From assembly GCA_963780715.1 (NCBI GenBank), contig CAWADK010000002.1:21150-85149 (forward strand): a stretch of DNA of 64,000 bases. Reading direction: 5' to 3'. Below, piece by piece: positions 13,320 to 23,502 of this stretch. The notes beneath the pieces were generated by a model that had not been told where the DNA came from, ran no database searches, and saw only the letters and a program-made list of their open reading frames with translations. The stretch comes from an uncultured beta proteobacterium. Its GTDB lineage: Bacteria; Pseudomonadota; Gammaproteobacteria; Burkholderiales; Burkholderiaceae_F. A program made the position numbers and the translations under genes. Each line of letters opens with the position of its first letter. Positions within the stretch are counted from its first letter, which is position 1.

Positions 13320-15040
13320 TCAGAGCGCAAACACGAACACGCTGTTGCCGCGCTTGAAGTCGAGCTGGGTATTGCCTCCGCAGCCCATCGCGATGTACTG
13401 CTTGCCATTGACCATGTAGGACACCGGCATCGCGTTGGCGCCGGCGCCGCAGTTGAAGTTCCAGAGCTTCTTGCCGGTGGCGGAATCCAGTGCGTTGAAG
13501 CTGCCGTTGCCCTCGCCGAAGAAGTACAGGCCGCCTGCCGTCGCCAGCCCGCCTCCGATCAGCGGCTGCTCGGTGTCGTGCTTCCACTTCACCTTGCCGG
13601 TGTCGACATCGACCGCGGCCACGCGGCCCCACTGCTTCTCGCTCGGGATCACCTTGAAGGCGCCGCCGAGCCAGAGCTTGCTGCCGCCGGGGTACTTCGC
13701 CGCCTCGACGTGATAGGTCATCGGCTGGTGCAGGTTGAGCGCAATCGCGAGCCGGGTCTTCGGGTCGAAGCTCATCGGTGACCATTCCACGCCACCATTG
13801 GCGCCCGGCAGCATGCGCGCGCCTTCAGCGGTCGGCAGCACCCACATGTTCTCCTGCGGGATCATCGCTTCCGAGAAGCGGATCAGGTTGCAGTTCGAGC
13901 GATCGTGCACGTAGACATGCCCGGTCTTGCCGCCGTGGAGCACGCCCGGAATCATCTTGCCGGACTTGTCCTTGACGTCGACCAGGATCGGCGGGCTCAC
14001 GGCGTCGAGGTCCCACACGTCGTGCGCGACATACTGCGAATGGCACTTGTAGGTGCCCTTGTCGAGATCGATCGCCACCAGCGAATCCGTGTACAGGTTG
14101 TCGCCGGGCCGCTCCGCGCCATACAGGTCAGGCGAGGGGTTACCGACGACGAACCACACCGTGCGGGTCTTCAGGTCGACCGACGGATTCATCCACACGC
14201 CGCCGCCGAGCGTCTGCCAGAACGAACTGTCCTTCGCGAATGCCGCCTTTTCCGCCGCGATGTCGCGCTTCATGTTGCGGCCGGTCAGGTCGTTCTGGGC
14301 CCAAACGCCCTCGTGACCCTTTTCGGGGATCGTGTAGAAGGTCCACAGCAGCTTGCCGTCGTCGGCGTTGTACGCCTTGACGAAGCCGCGGATGCCGTAT
14401 TCGCCACCGTTGGTACCGATCAGCACCTTGTTGTCGACCACGGTCGGCGCCATCGTCTCGCTGTAGCCCTTCTCCGGGTCGGCGATCTCGATGTTCCAGA
14501 GCACGTTGCCGGTCTTGGCATCGAGCGCAACGAGGCGCGCGTCGAGGGTGCCCATGAAGACCTTGCCGCCGGAGATCGCAACGCCGCGGTTATTGGGCCC
14601 GCAGCAGAAAGTCGTGACCGGCCCCATCTTGTGCTTGTAGTGCCAGAACTGCTTGCCGGTCACGGCGTCGATGGCATAGATGTGGTTATACGAAGTCGTC
14701 AGGTACATGACGCCATCGACGACGATGGGGGCCGTCTCCATCGATTCCACGACCTCGGTCTGGAACACGAAGGCCGGCCGCAGGTTCTTTACGTTGCCGG
14801 CGTTGATCTGGTTGCCGCCGTAGTAGCGCGTCTGCGCGTAGTCACCGTTGGTGTGCAGCCAGTTGGCCGTCTGCCCGCCAGCGCTGTTCAGCTGCGCCTG
14901 CGTGACATTGACTGCCTTCGGCACCCCGGCCGCCGCGGCGCCCTTCTGCCCCTGCACTTCCTGTGCGATCGCGCCGAGGTCGCGGCAACCGCCGCGACGC
15001 CCAGGACGAGTGTTCTGATGGAGAAAAATCTGCTCTGCAT
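13320..15040 (-). CDS. PQQ-dependent dehydrogenase, methanol/ethanol family (Asp-x-Asp, lanthanide-type signature)
   Basis: The mature part is in ORF 13320..15884: vicinal CC in [15 protein letters not shown] at 14004-14015, propeller W-motifs. The signal peptide [23 protein letters not shown] starts at the ATG at 15040 in another frame, with the break at ~14975-14990. Confidence 0.85.
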
Positions 15041-15278
15041 GCTGTCCCCCTGCCCTTTGTCTTATTGTGAAGCGCGATGATGCGACGCCGACCCTTGGCG
15101 ACGCGGGTGATGTCACCGCAACGCGCGGTGCAAAAATCTTGCAACCGCCACCCATACCCGGTGTTGGTAGTGTCCTTATCGCCGGGCCCGCAGATAATAG
15201 GCGGCGAATGGCGTCGGCGGAACAGCCACACCCCGAAAAGAGGGGACGCCGCGCTTGTGTAAGGGAGGAGATCGGTCC

Positions 15279-15929
15279 ATGAAACAGATTCGCTGCATTG
15301 CAGCAGCCCTTTTGCTGGTCGTGGGATCCACGTCGGCCCAGCAACGCAACATCAATTTCGACCTGCTGCAGGCGGCGCGGAGCGGGTCTGTCGCAACGAC
15401 CGCCGCGCTGCTCGATCAGGGCGCGAATCCGAACTCGCGCAACCGTCTTGGCGATACGCCGCTGAATACCGCCGCGCGCAACGGCAACATCGAACTGGTC
15501 AAGCTCCTGCTCGAACGGGGCGCCGACGTGAACCTGCCCAACCTGGCGCGCGTTACGCCGCTGATGAGCGCCGTGTACGGCGGCCATACCGATGTCGCGC
15601 GCACGCTGCTCGCCGCCAAAGCCAGTGTCGAGCCCAGCGACCGGATGGAGAAAACCGCGATGATCTACGCCGCCGGCAACGGCAACGCCGAGTGCGTCGC
15701 CGCACTGCTTGCCGCCGGCGTCGGCGTCAATCAGAAATACGCCAACGACGCGACCGCGCTGATGTGGGCAGCGGCCTACGGCAAGAACGACAGCGTGAAG
15801 CTGCTGCTCGAACGGGGCGCCGACGTTGCGGCGCGTGACAACCGGGGTGAATCTGCACTTTCGATCGCTGTCGCCGAGAAGCATGCCGAGGCGGCCGCGC
15901 TGTTGCGCGCCGCCGGCGCCGGGAAGTAG
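15279..15929 (+). CDS. secreted ankyrin-repeat protein
   Basis: [22 protein letters not shown] signal peptide, then ~5 ankyrin repeats ([28 protein letters not shown]...). Confidence 0.85.
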   Translation: MKQIRCIAAALLLVVGSTSAQQRNINFDLLQAARSGSVATTAALLDQGANPNSRNRLGDTPLNTAARNGNIELVKLLLERGADVNLPNLARVTPLMSAVYGGHTDVARTLLAAKASVEPSDRMEKTAMIYAAGNGNAECVAALLAAGVGVNQKYANDATALMWAAAYGKNDSVKLLLERGADVAARDNRGESALSIAVAEKHAEAAALLRAAGAGK

Positions 15930-16003
15930 GACGTCTTGATCTTCTCTCAGCCAGGTCGCTTCAGTCTCTGCCGCAATCCGGGCGCCGTCGGCAGCGCGCT
16001 CTC

Positions 16004-16615
16004 ATGACACCGGCCGTACCGGAGTCCGGCATCGCCCCGACGCGATACGACAGGGTTGCGATGACCCTGCACTGGGCCGTTGCCATTGGCGTGATCGCCC
16101 AGATCGCGCTCGGCCTGTGGATGATCGATATTCCCAAGCAGCCGACCGGCGTGCGGGTTTACTGGTTCAACCTGCACAAGTCGATCGGGATGACACTGGG
16201 CGTCCTGATCGTGATGCGTCTTGCCTGGCGCTTCACGCATCGGCCGCCACCGCTGCCGTCGACGATGCCTCGCTGGCAGGCGCGCGCCGCCGGTGCCAGC
16301 CATGTGCTGCTCTACATCTGCATGATTACGATGCCGCTGGCGGGCTACCTGGGATCGGTCTTCTCCGGCTACCCCATCAAGTACTTCGGAGTGGTTGTTC
16401 CCGGCTGGGGCTGGAAGGACGAGGCACTGAAGGAAGTCTTCAGTACCGTGCACTTCGTTGCAGCAATGGCGTTCATTTCGCTGATCAAGCTGCACGTCCT
16501 GGCGGCGCTGAAGCACCTGTTGTACGACCGCGACGGCGTGTTTCACCGCATGCTTCCCCACCGCCGCGCGGCGGCCGTCGTGCGCGATACCGTCGCTCCG
16601 GGTCAGGGCGCGTAA
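16004..16615 (+). CDS. cytochrome b561-family protein
   Basis: 203 aa with four TM helices and conserved His residues (RVAMTLHWAVA..., LHKSIG..., SHVLLY..., VHFVAA...). Confidence 0.8.
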   Translation: MTPAVPESGIAPTRYDRVAMTLHWAVAIGVIAQIALGLWMIDIPKQPTGVRVYWFNLHKSIGMTLGVLIVMRLAWRFTHRPPPLPSTMPRWQARAAGASHVLLYICMITMPLAGYLGSVFSGYPIKYFGVVVPGWGWKDEALKEVFSTVHFVAAMAFISLIKLHVLAALKHLLYDRDGVFHRMLPHRRAAAVVRDTVAPGQGA

Positions 16616-17757
16616 CCGTCCGTCAACGTCTGCAGGAACGCGACGATGTCGTCGATTTCCTCGTCGTTCAGCGCCGGCCGCTGCGCCGGGCGGCGGTGAT
16701 ACGGCCGCGTCTCGACGTCGACGTTGACGCGCAGTGCCTGCGGCAGGTCGTCGAACTTCACGCCATCCGGATACCAGCGGTCGGGATGCGTGTCGCGGGT
16801 GGCATAGAACGCGACTGCCTCGCGCAGCGAGGCAAAGCGTCCGTTGTGCATGTACGGCGCCGTCTGCGCCACGTTGCGTAGCGTCGGCGTCTTGAACCAG
16901 CCGCACCAGTGCCCGTTGACCGCCGCGCCACCGGGCTGGGTCGTGCAGAAACCCAGATCAAACTGGCCGACCTGCGCAACGTCGGTGTTTCTCGGCACGC
17001 CAAGCGCGTGGAAGCCGAAGTCCGTGAACAGCGAGTCGCGCGGGTCGCGGCTGTCGGGCCTTAGCGTGTGGCACGCGGCACAGTTGCCCTTCTGCGCGAT
17101 GGTGAAAAGACTCTGACCGCGCTCCTCCTGCGGCGTGAAACGCGCCTGGCCACGCAGCACCGCATCGAACTTCGACGAAAATGGAGCAAAGGTCGGGCTC
17201 TGCTCGAACGCCGCCAGCGCGGACGCAATGGCTTCGAGTGCGCGGCCGGGACTGGCGAACACGTCGTCACCAAACGCCATTCGCAACCACGGCGCAGCGT
17301 CGGAAGACGCAACCCTGGCGACCAGTGCCGCCGCATCCTGGTTGTTCATTTCATGCGCGGCGAACAGCGGTCCGAGGGCCTGCTGGGCCAGCGTGGCGGC
17401 ACGCCCGTCCCAGAAGAATCCGCCGCTTGGAACCTTCTTGCCGTCTTTCTCGGAGAACCCCGGCCCCGGGCTGGATGCGAGGTACATCAACGTCGGAGCG
17501 TTGCGCGACCCCAGCATGCCCGTCCGGCTGCCGCGGGGCACGGCCCGCCCTGAACCGTTGTCGCCCGTGAACGCACGCGCCGGATCGTGGCAGGATGCGC
17601 ATGATGTGCCGGGCGGTTCGGACAGTTGCCCATCGAAGAACAGGCGCCGGCCGGCTTCGACGCCCGCCGGCGGCTGCTGCGTACCCGCCGGCTGCGGTGA
17701 CGCAGCAGTCATGCCGACGACCAAAAAGACAATGGACAAGCTGACAGCCCAGCGCAT
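16603..17757 (-). CDS. di-haem cytochrome c peroxidase (CcpA/MauG family)
   Basis: Start at MRWAVSLSIVFLVVGMTAAS (residue 44 of ORF 16603..17886). Two CxxCH motifs: CASCHD and CAACHT. Confidence 0.85.
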   Translation of the reverse strand: MRWAVSLSIVFLVVGMTAASPQPAGTQQPPAGVEAGRRLFFDGQLSEPPGTSCASCHDPARAFTGDNGSGRAVPRGSRTGMLGSRNAPTLMYLASSPGPGFSEKDGKKVPSGGFFWDGRAATLAQQALGPLFAAHEMNNQDAAALVARVASSDAAPWLRMAFGDDVFASPGRALEAIASALAAFEQSPTFAPFSSKFDAVLRGQARFTPQEERGQSLFTIAQKGNCAACHTLRPDSRDPRDSLFTDFGFHALGVPRNTDVAQVGQFDLGFCTTQPGGAAVNGHWCGWFKTPTLRNVAQTAPYMHNGRFASLREAVAFYATRDTHPDRWYPDGVKFDDLPQALRVNVDVETRPYHRRPAQRPALNDEEIDDIVAFLQTLTDGYAP

Positions 17758-17804
17758 GCAAGCCTCAGGAGAACCGGTGCGATCCACGCCGCGGATCATC
17801 GCAA

Positions 17805-18386
17805 ATGCCTTGCGCGCCTGCACGTTCAGCCTTGCCGTCGCCGCAAGCGGTGACGTACGCACAGGTGGACGCGGCACGCGCGGCATATGAACGCGAGGAC
17901 TACACCGCCGCGGCCGCGCTCTACGCGCCGCGCGCCGCCCAGGGCGAGGCCGAGGCGCAGTACCACATGGGCATGATGGCGCGCTTCGGCTGGGGCATGG
18001 ACAAGGACTCCGCTGCCGCAGTGCGCTGGCTCACCGAGGCCGCCCGGCAGAACAATCCCCAGGCGCAAGCGGAACTGGGGACCATGTATCGCCTGGGACG
18101 CGGCGTACCCGAGGACCCGAAGGAGGCCGCGCGCTGGCTGACGGCGGCCGCGAACTCGGGCGTGGGCATCGCGCAGTTGTCGATCGGTCGCATGTACCGC
18201 GACGGCGTCGGCGTCGAGCGCAACCTGGTGGAGGCCTATGCCTGGTTCACTGCGGCCGGAGCCAACAACGTCATGGATGGACTGGCCTATCGCGCCGAAA
18301 TCGCCAAGCAGATGAGCCCAGAGCAGATCGCCGAAGGCAAGCAACGCGCCGCATTGCTCAGCAAGAAAGAGACGGAGGCCAAATGA
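17805..18386 (+). CDS. Sel1-repeat (TPR-like) protein
   Basis: Repeated AEAQYHMGMMARFGWGMDKD / AQAELGTMYRLGRGVPED / AQLSIGRMYRDGVGVERN units. The N-terminus is uncertain: a signal-peptide-like stretch (IIANALRACTFSLAVAASG) lies in another frame just upstream. Confidence 0.75.
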   Translation: MPCAPARSALPSPQAVTYAQVDAARAAYEREDYTAAAALYAPRAAQGEAEAQYHMGMMARFGWGMDKDSAAAVRWLTEAARQNNPQAQAELGTMYRLGRGVPEDPKEAARWLTAAANSGVGIAQLSIGRMYRDGVGVERNLVEAYAWFTAAGANNVMDGLAYRAEIAKQMSPEQIAEGKQRAALLSKKETEAK

Positions 18387-19336
18387 GAAGCTGGATCATC
18401 GCCCTTTTCATCGCGAGTGCGTTGGGCGCGTCGATGGCTGCATCGGCGCAATTCGCCTACGCCTCCAATGAGAAAGACGGCACGATCTCCGTCATCGATA
18501 CGGCCAAAGACGAAGTCGTCGCCTCGATCAAGGCCGGAAAGACTCCGCGCGGCATGGCGGCGAGCGTCGATGGCAAGCGTCTGTACGTCAGCGACCAGAA
18601 GAGCAATGCGCTGCGCGTCATCGACCTGGCGACGCGGGCAGAGGCGGGCGTCATCGACCTGGGCGAATCGCCCGAAGGGGTCGGGCGCTCGCCTGACGGC
18701 AAGTGGGTCGTGGTCGCCATCGAGGAAGACCACCAGGTCTTCTTCGTTGACGTGGCAACCGGCAAGATCGCCTTCCGTGTCAAGGTGGAGGGCGAGAATC
18801 CGGAACATGCAGTCTTCAGTCCCGACAGCAAGTGGGTGTTCGTCAGTGCCGAAGAGTCGCAGGTCGTCGACGTCATCGACGTCGAGGCGCGGAAGCTGGC
18901 CGGATCCATCCGGGTGGGCAAGCGCCCTCGCGGCATCGGGTTCACGCCCGATGGCCAGCGCGCTTACGTCGCCTGCGAGATCGCGAATACCGTGTATGCG
19001 ATCGATGTGCCCAACCGCAAGGTTCTGGCGGCGATACCCGCGGGTGGTCGTTCGAATGGCATCAAGGTGCACCCGACCGGGCGCGAGGTCTATGTCTCCA
19101 ACGGCGCCGATGGCACGGTCATGGTCATCGACACCTCGACCAACACAGTCACGCAGACGATCAAGGTGGGCAATCGTCCCTGGAACATGGCGCTGACGAC
19201 CGACGGCGGCAAGCTCTACGTTGCAAACGGCCGCTCGAACACGGTCTCCGTGATCGACACCGCGACGAAGAAGGAAGTGAAGCAGATCAAGGTGGGCGAG
19301 CAACCGTGGGGTGTGCTGATGCCCGGCGGCCACTGA
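18383..19336 (+). CDS. YVTN-family beta-propeller repeat protein, secreted
   Basis: 317 aa with signal peptide MRSWIIALFIASALGASMAASA, then repeated ...P.G...SPDGK..YV.. units. ATGA overlap with the Sel1 gene. Confidence 0.85.
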   Translation: MRSWIIALFIASALGASMAASAQFAYASNEKDGTISVIDTAKDEVVASIKAGKTPRGMAASVDGKRLYVSDQKSNALRVIDLATRAEAGVIDLGESPEGVGRSPDGKWVVVAIEEDHQVFFVDVATGKIAFRVKVEGENPEHAVFSPDSKWVFVSAEESQVVDVIDVEARKLAGSIRVGKRPRGIGFTPDGQRAYVACEIANTVYAIDVPNRKVLAAIPAGGRSNGIKVHPTGREVYVSNGADGTVMVIDTSTNTVTQTIKVGNRPWNMALTTDGGKLYVANGRSNTVSVIDTATKKEVKQIKVGEQPWGVLMPGGH

Positions 19337-19417
19337 CGCCGGCGTGCGGTTTCAGCACTGCGGCGTGCCGACGGCTTCCTGATAGCGCCTGGGTACCGTC
19401 ATCGGTGTCCGAGCGCG

Positions 19418-20311
19418 TCAGTGAAACACGATCGTTCGGCCGTTGTGCACGATGATCTTGTTCTGCAGGTGGCTCCAGATGGCGCGCGAAAGAACGATCT
19501 TTTCGATATCGCGCCCGGAACGCACCAGGTCCTGCACCGTATCGCGGTGGGACACCCGCATCACGTCCTGCTCGATGATCGGCCCCGCGTCCAGCACCTC
19601 GGTCACGTAATGCGCGGTCGCACCGACCATCTTCACGCCACGAGCGTGCGCCGAGTGGTAGGGACGCGCGCCAGGAAACGCAGGCAGAAATGCATGGTGA
19701 ATATTGATGATCCGGTTTTCGTAGGCCCGCACAAAGCGGTCGGTGACAATCTGCATGTACTTCGCCAGCACCACCAGGTCGATCCGGTGTTCGGCAAGCA
19801 GCGCCAACTGCGCTTCCTCGACTTCGGCCTTGTTGTCGGCTGACATCGGCATGACGCGAAATGCGATGCCGAACCTGTCCGCAACCGGCTTCAGATCCGG
19901 GTGGTTGGCGACGATCAGCGGAACCTCGACGGGCCACTCGCCTGAGTAAGACCGCGCCAGGATGTCATACAGGCACCAGGGCTCCCTGGACACGAACACA
20001 GCCATGCGCTGTGGACGGTCGGACAGGCTCAGCGACCACTGGGCATCGCCGCCCCCCGCCAGCGTCGCCACGTGAGCGCCGATCTCGCCGTCGGCAACGG
20101 CGAAGTTCGCCAGGTCCCACTGCAGACGCGTGTAATAACGATGGACCTCATTGTCGACATAGTGGTCGTGGTAGACGATGCGACCACCGTTTGCCTGGAC
20201 AAGGCGCGTCAGATCGGCCGCCAGCCCCGCACGCAGTTCGCAATGGAGCAACAGCGTTGCCATGCGGCTGTCAGCGTCGCTACGCAACGGTTCCATCACG
20301 GGCCTCCGCAA
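19418..20311 (-). CDS. purU: formyltetrahydrofolate deformylase
   Basis: 297-aa ORF with N-terminal ACT-like part and a formyl-transferase core (NIHHAFLPAFPGARPYHSAH). The start may be the ATG at 20263. Confidence 0.9.
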   Translation of the reverse strand: MRRPVMEPLRSDADSRMATLLLHCELRAGLAADLTRLVQANGGRIVYHDHYVDNEVHRYYTRLQWDLANFAVADGEIGAHVATLAGGGDAQWSLSLSDRPQRMAVFVSREPWCLYDILARSYSGEWPVEVPLIVANHPDLKPVADRFGIAFRVMPMSADNKAEVEEAQLALLAEHRIDLVVLAKYMQIVTDRFVRAYENRIINIHHAFLPAFPGARPYHSAHARGVKMVGATAHYVTEVLDAGPIIEQDVMRVSHRDTVQDLVRSGRDIEKIVLSRAIWSHLQNKIIVHNGRTIVFH

Positions 20312-20555
20312 ACAACGTCAGGCTGATTTCCGGTTCCCGGCGATTCTGACTGGAGTTCGGCAGCTTCGCCAATAGCCGCTTGAAGACGCCCAGTCTCGTG
20401 GATGACAGGTTCCAACGTGGTTAGGGCAACGCGGCATCGCTGAATCCCCAGAGGCTGTTGTCGTGGTAATGGCAAGGCATTCCCACCTTGCGCCTTCAAG
20501 ATCTCCACCGGCCGCTGGTGACCTCGAGATCCACGTCAACGACGCCTGGCCTTGG

Positions 20556-21056
20556 TCAGCGGCAGTTGACCGGCAGCCAGTTCTTGGGGAGGTTGGTCTT
20601 GTTGGCCGCCATCACGGTCATCTTTTCGGGCACCGCGGCGAAACCACAGACCCAGGCCACGGGCACGATGGGAGCATCTTCGACCACCGCGGGTCGCAGG
20701 CTCAATGTCTTGCCTTGCAGTCCGCCATTGGCCTGGTTGCCAAACACCACGTGAATCGCACCCGCTTCGACGGTCAGTGACTTGACGTAGTTGCTGACCA
20801 CCTTATCGGGCGTCGGCAGGCCCGCCGCGGCGTTGTCTTCGGGGAACGCTTTGCTCGTCGCCCAAGCGACGGCGATGGGTCCCTTGGCGATGTCAGTCAG
20901 CCGCATCGCCTCGACGACCTGCTCCCGGATGAACTTGTCGTGATAGCTCGGAACAGCCATCAAGGCCAGGATCGCGATGATCGCGACAACCACCATCAGT
21001 TCGATCAGATTGAAGCCACGAGCTGGCGGCGTCGTATCCCTGCGGGGTTTGTTCAC
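20556..21056 (-). CDS. type IV pilin
   Basis: Class III signal ...ARG|FNLIELMVVVAIIAILALMAVPSY with Glu5, and a C-terminal Cys pair (VCGF...VNCR). Local G+C is lower than in the neighbours. Confidence 0.85.
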   Translation of the reverse strand: MNKPRRDTTPPARGFNLIELMVVVAIIAILALMAVPSYHDKFIREQVVEAMRLTDIAKGPIAVAWATSKAFPEDNAAAGLPTPDKVVSNYVKSLTVEAGAIHVVFGNQANGGLQGKTLSLRPAVVEDAPIVPVAWVCGFAAVPEKMTVMAANKTNLPKNWLPVNCR

Positions 21057-21214
21057 GTGAGTTGCTGGCTAAGGTAAGCAGGCTGGAGCACGGGTGCATT
21101 CTGCGGCATCCGCTGAAACGCTTTATTCAGCGGACGGCGCACGGGCGGTAAGGCGTTTGACCGGTCTTTGGCGCTTCGGTGTAGCGCCCTCTTGGCGCTT
21201 GGCCCGGCACTCCG

Positions 21215-22372
21215 ATGGCGACGCTTGCGGCCCCGCGGGCTGTGGTCAAATGGCAGCACGCCCCAGCCTGGAGACCACCAATTCTCCCCGATCTGGTCTT
21301 TCGCCAGCTGTTCGACGCCGCGTCGTCGACCTATACGTATCTGCTGGGCGACCCGCGCACGCGACAAGCGGTCCTCATCGACACGGTCTTCGAGCAGCAC
21401 CCGCGGGACTTTGCGTTGCTCGGCGAACTCGACCTCACGCTGGTTGCCGTGCTTGATACGCATTGCCACGCCGATCACGTGACCGGCGCCTGGCTGATGC
21501 AGCAGGCGACCGGCTGCCGCATCGGCATCTCGCGACGCTATCAACCGCCGATCCACGGCGCGGACCTTCCGCTTGATCACGGCGATCGCGTCGCCTTCGG
21601 CGGCCGGCACCTGGACGTGCGCGCCACACCCGGCCACACCGACGGCTGCCTGACGCTGGTGCTCGACGACCAGGTCATGGCCTTCACCGGCGACGCGCTG
21701 CTGATCCGCGGCACAGGCCGCTGCGATTTCCAGCATGGCAGCGCGCGCGAGCTGTATCGCTCGATCACGCGAGAGATTTTCTCGCTGCCCGACAGTTGCC
21801 TGTTGTTTCCAGGCCATGACTACAGCGGCCGCACGATGTCGTCGGTGGCCGAGGAAAGGACCTTCAACCCGCGTGTCGGCGGCGCGGCCGACGAGCGCGA
21901 CTTTGTCGGTCTCATGGACAACCTGAACCTGCCACACCCCAAACAGATCGATGTTGCCGTGCCTGCCAACCAGCGCTCCGGCCAGCCCGCCGACGGCAAG
22001 GTTCCGCGTCCCGCTGACTGGGGCCCGGTGCGCCAGAACTATGCTGGCCTGCTGGAAATCGAGCCAGAGTGGGTCGCCGAGCATCTCGACCAGGTGCACG
22101 TGCTCGACGTGCGCCAACCGGAGGAGGTACAGGAGTCACTCGGTAGCATCGCCAATGCTCAACTCATTCCGCTGAATGAACTCAAGGCACGGCTCGCCGA
22201 AGTGCCGACCGACAGGCCCGTGGTCGCGGTCTGCCACGCAGGTATGCGATCGGGACAGGCCACGGTCATCCTGCGCAATGGCGGACTGGCGCGCTGCGCC
22301 AACCTGCGCGGCGGCATGCTGTTGTGGTCGCAGATGGGTCTGCCCACCAGGCAGGGCCGTCGGGGCGCGTGA
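21215..22372 (+). CDS. persulfide dioxygenase-like MBL-fold hydrolase fused to rhodanese
   Basis: Has THCHADH (HxHxDH), an ETHE1-like core and C-terminal rhodanese with active-site loop CHAGMRSG. The start is uncertain; the conserved part begins at VFRQLFD. Confidence 0.8.
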   Translation: MATLAAPRAVVKWQHAPAWRPPILPDLVFRQLFDAASSTYTYLLGDPRTRQAVLIDTVFEQHPRDFALLGELDLTLVAVLDTHCHADHVTGAWLMQQATGCRIGISRRYQPPIHGADLPLDHGDRVAFGGRHLDVRATPGHTDGCLTLVLDDQVMAFTGDALLIRGTGRCDFQHGSARELYRSITREIFSLPDSCLLFPGHDYSGRTMSSVAEERTFNPRVGGAADERDFVGLMDNLNLPHPKQIDVAVPANQRSGQPADGKVPRPADWGPVRQNYAGLLEIEPEWVAEHLDQVHVLDVRQPEEVQESLGSIANAQLIPLNELKARLAEVPTDRPVVAVCHAGMRSGQATVILRNGGLARCANLRGGMLLWSQMGLPTRQGRRGA

Positions 22373-22416
22373 CCGGCCGGCCCAGTCGGCAAGGACGTCC
22401 CCGACGCGGGCAGCCG

Positions 22417-23502
22417 TCAGGTGTTCGACACCTTGATCGTCGGCATCTTGAGTGACATGTCCTTCGCTTTCTCGGCGATGCGCACGGCGACCTTGCGCGC
22501 GATGGCCTTGTAGGTCTGGGTGATGGCGCTGTCGGGCTCGGCGACGACGGTCGGGCGTCCCGAGTCCGCCTGCTCGCGGATGCGGATATCGAGCGGCAGG
22601 CTGCCGAGGTACTCGACGCCGTACTCCTCGGCCATCTTCCTGCCGCCGTCGGCGCCGAAGATGTGTTCGGCATGGCCGCATTTCGAGCAGATGTGCACGG
22701 CCATGTTCTCGACGATGCCGAGAATAGGGATGCTGACCTTCTCGAACATCTTGAGTCCCTTCTTGGCATCCATCAGCGCGATGTCCTGCGGCGTGGTCAC
22801 GATGACCGCACCGGTCACCGGCACCTGCTGCGCCAGAGTCAGCTGGATGTCCCCGGTGCCGGGCGGCATGTCGACGACGAGGTAGTCGAGGTCGTGCCAG
22901 TTGGTCTGCCCCAGCAGTTGCTGCAGCGCCTGCGTCACCATCGGTCCGCGCCAGACCATGGGCTGGTCGGCATCGATCATCAGGCCGATCGAACTCATCT
23001 GCAGGCCGTGATTTTCCATCGGCTCGATGGTCTGCCCGTCGGCCGACTCCGGCCGGCCCGAGATGCCCAGCATCGTGGGCTGGCTGGGACCGTAGATGTC
23101 GGCGTCGAGCACGCCGACGCGCGCACCCTCGGCAGCGAGCGCCAGCGCCAGGTTGGCAGCGACCGTGCTCTTGCCGACGCCGCCCTTGCCCGAGGCCACC
23201 GCAATGATGTTCTTGACGTTGGGCATGACCTTGAGGCCGCGCTGCACGGCATGCGCCACGATCTTCATCGTGACGTTGGCGCTGACGTTGGCCGCACCGG
23301 CGCCCTTCAGCGCTTCGATCACCGCGCGGCGCATCGGGGCGATCTGGCTCGCTGCCGGATAGCCGAGTTCGACGTCGACGCTCACATCGTCGCCCTCGAG
23401 GCGGATGTTGCGCGCCGAGCGGGAACTGACGAGGTCCTTGCCGGTATTGGGATCGATGATGCCCGCGAGCACCTGATTGACGCGGTCAGCGCTGATGGCC
23501 AT
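22417..23502 (-). CDS. apbC: Fe-S cluster carrier ATPase ApbC/Mrp
   Basis: 361 aa with an N-terminal DUF59-like domain, deviant Walker A ASGKGGVGKST and a CxxC motif (CSKCGH). Confidence 0.9.
   Translation of the reverse strand: MAISADRVNQVLAGIIDPNTGKDLVSSRSARNIRLEGDDVSVDVELGYPAASQIAPMRRAVIEALKGAGAANVSANVTMKIVAHAVQRGLKVMPNVKNIIAVASGKGGVGKSTVAANLALALAAEGARVGVLDADIYGPSQPTMLGISGRPESADGQTIEPMENHGLQMSSIGLMIDADQPMVWRGPMVTQALQQLLGQTNWHDLDYLVVDMPPGTGDIQLTLAQQVPVTGAVIVTTPQDIALMDAKKGLKMFEKVSIPILGIVENMAVHICSKCGHAEHIFGADGGRKMAEEYGVEYLGSLPLDIRIREQADSGRPTVVAEPDSAITQTYKAIARKVAVRIAEKAKDMSLKMPTIKVSNT

Noticed and set aside
15041-15884. Upstream 280 codons of the 854-aa ORF 13320..15884, which would imply a giant PQQ protein.
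   Set aside because: This part is Arg/Gly-rich read-through that overlaps the ankyrin gene on the other strand. A proper signal peptide and ATG are found at 15040 in a neighbouring frame.
20312-20555. Possible ZTP (pfl) riboswitch in the ~240-nt purU leader, based on fragments such as GACTGGGCG and CGCCGGG on the minus strand.
   Set aside because: The 3' CCGCCTGGGC-type element and the pseudoknot partners are not convincingly present. A ZTP 'on' switch would also not make obvious sense for purU. A covariance-model scan would be needed before any claim.
21084-21099. Sigma-54-like TGGAGCACGGGTGCAT between the pilin and PDO-rhodanese genes.
   Set aside because: The GG-to-GC spacing is one nucleotide short of the -24/-12 consensus. 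The orientation would serve the PDO gene rather than the pilin gene.
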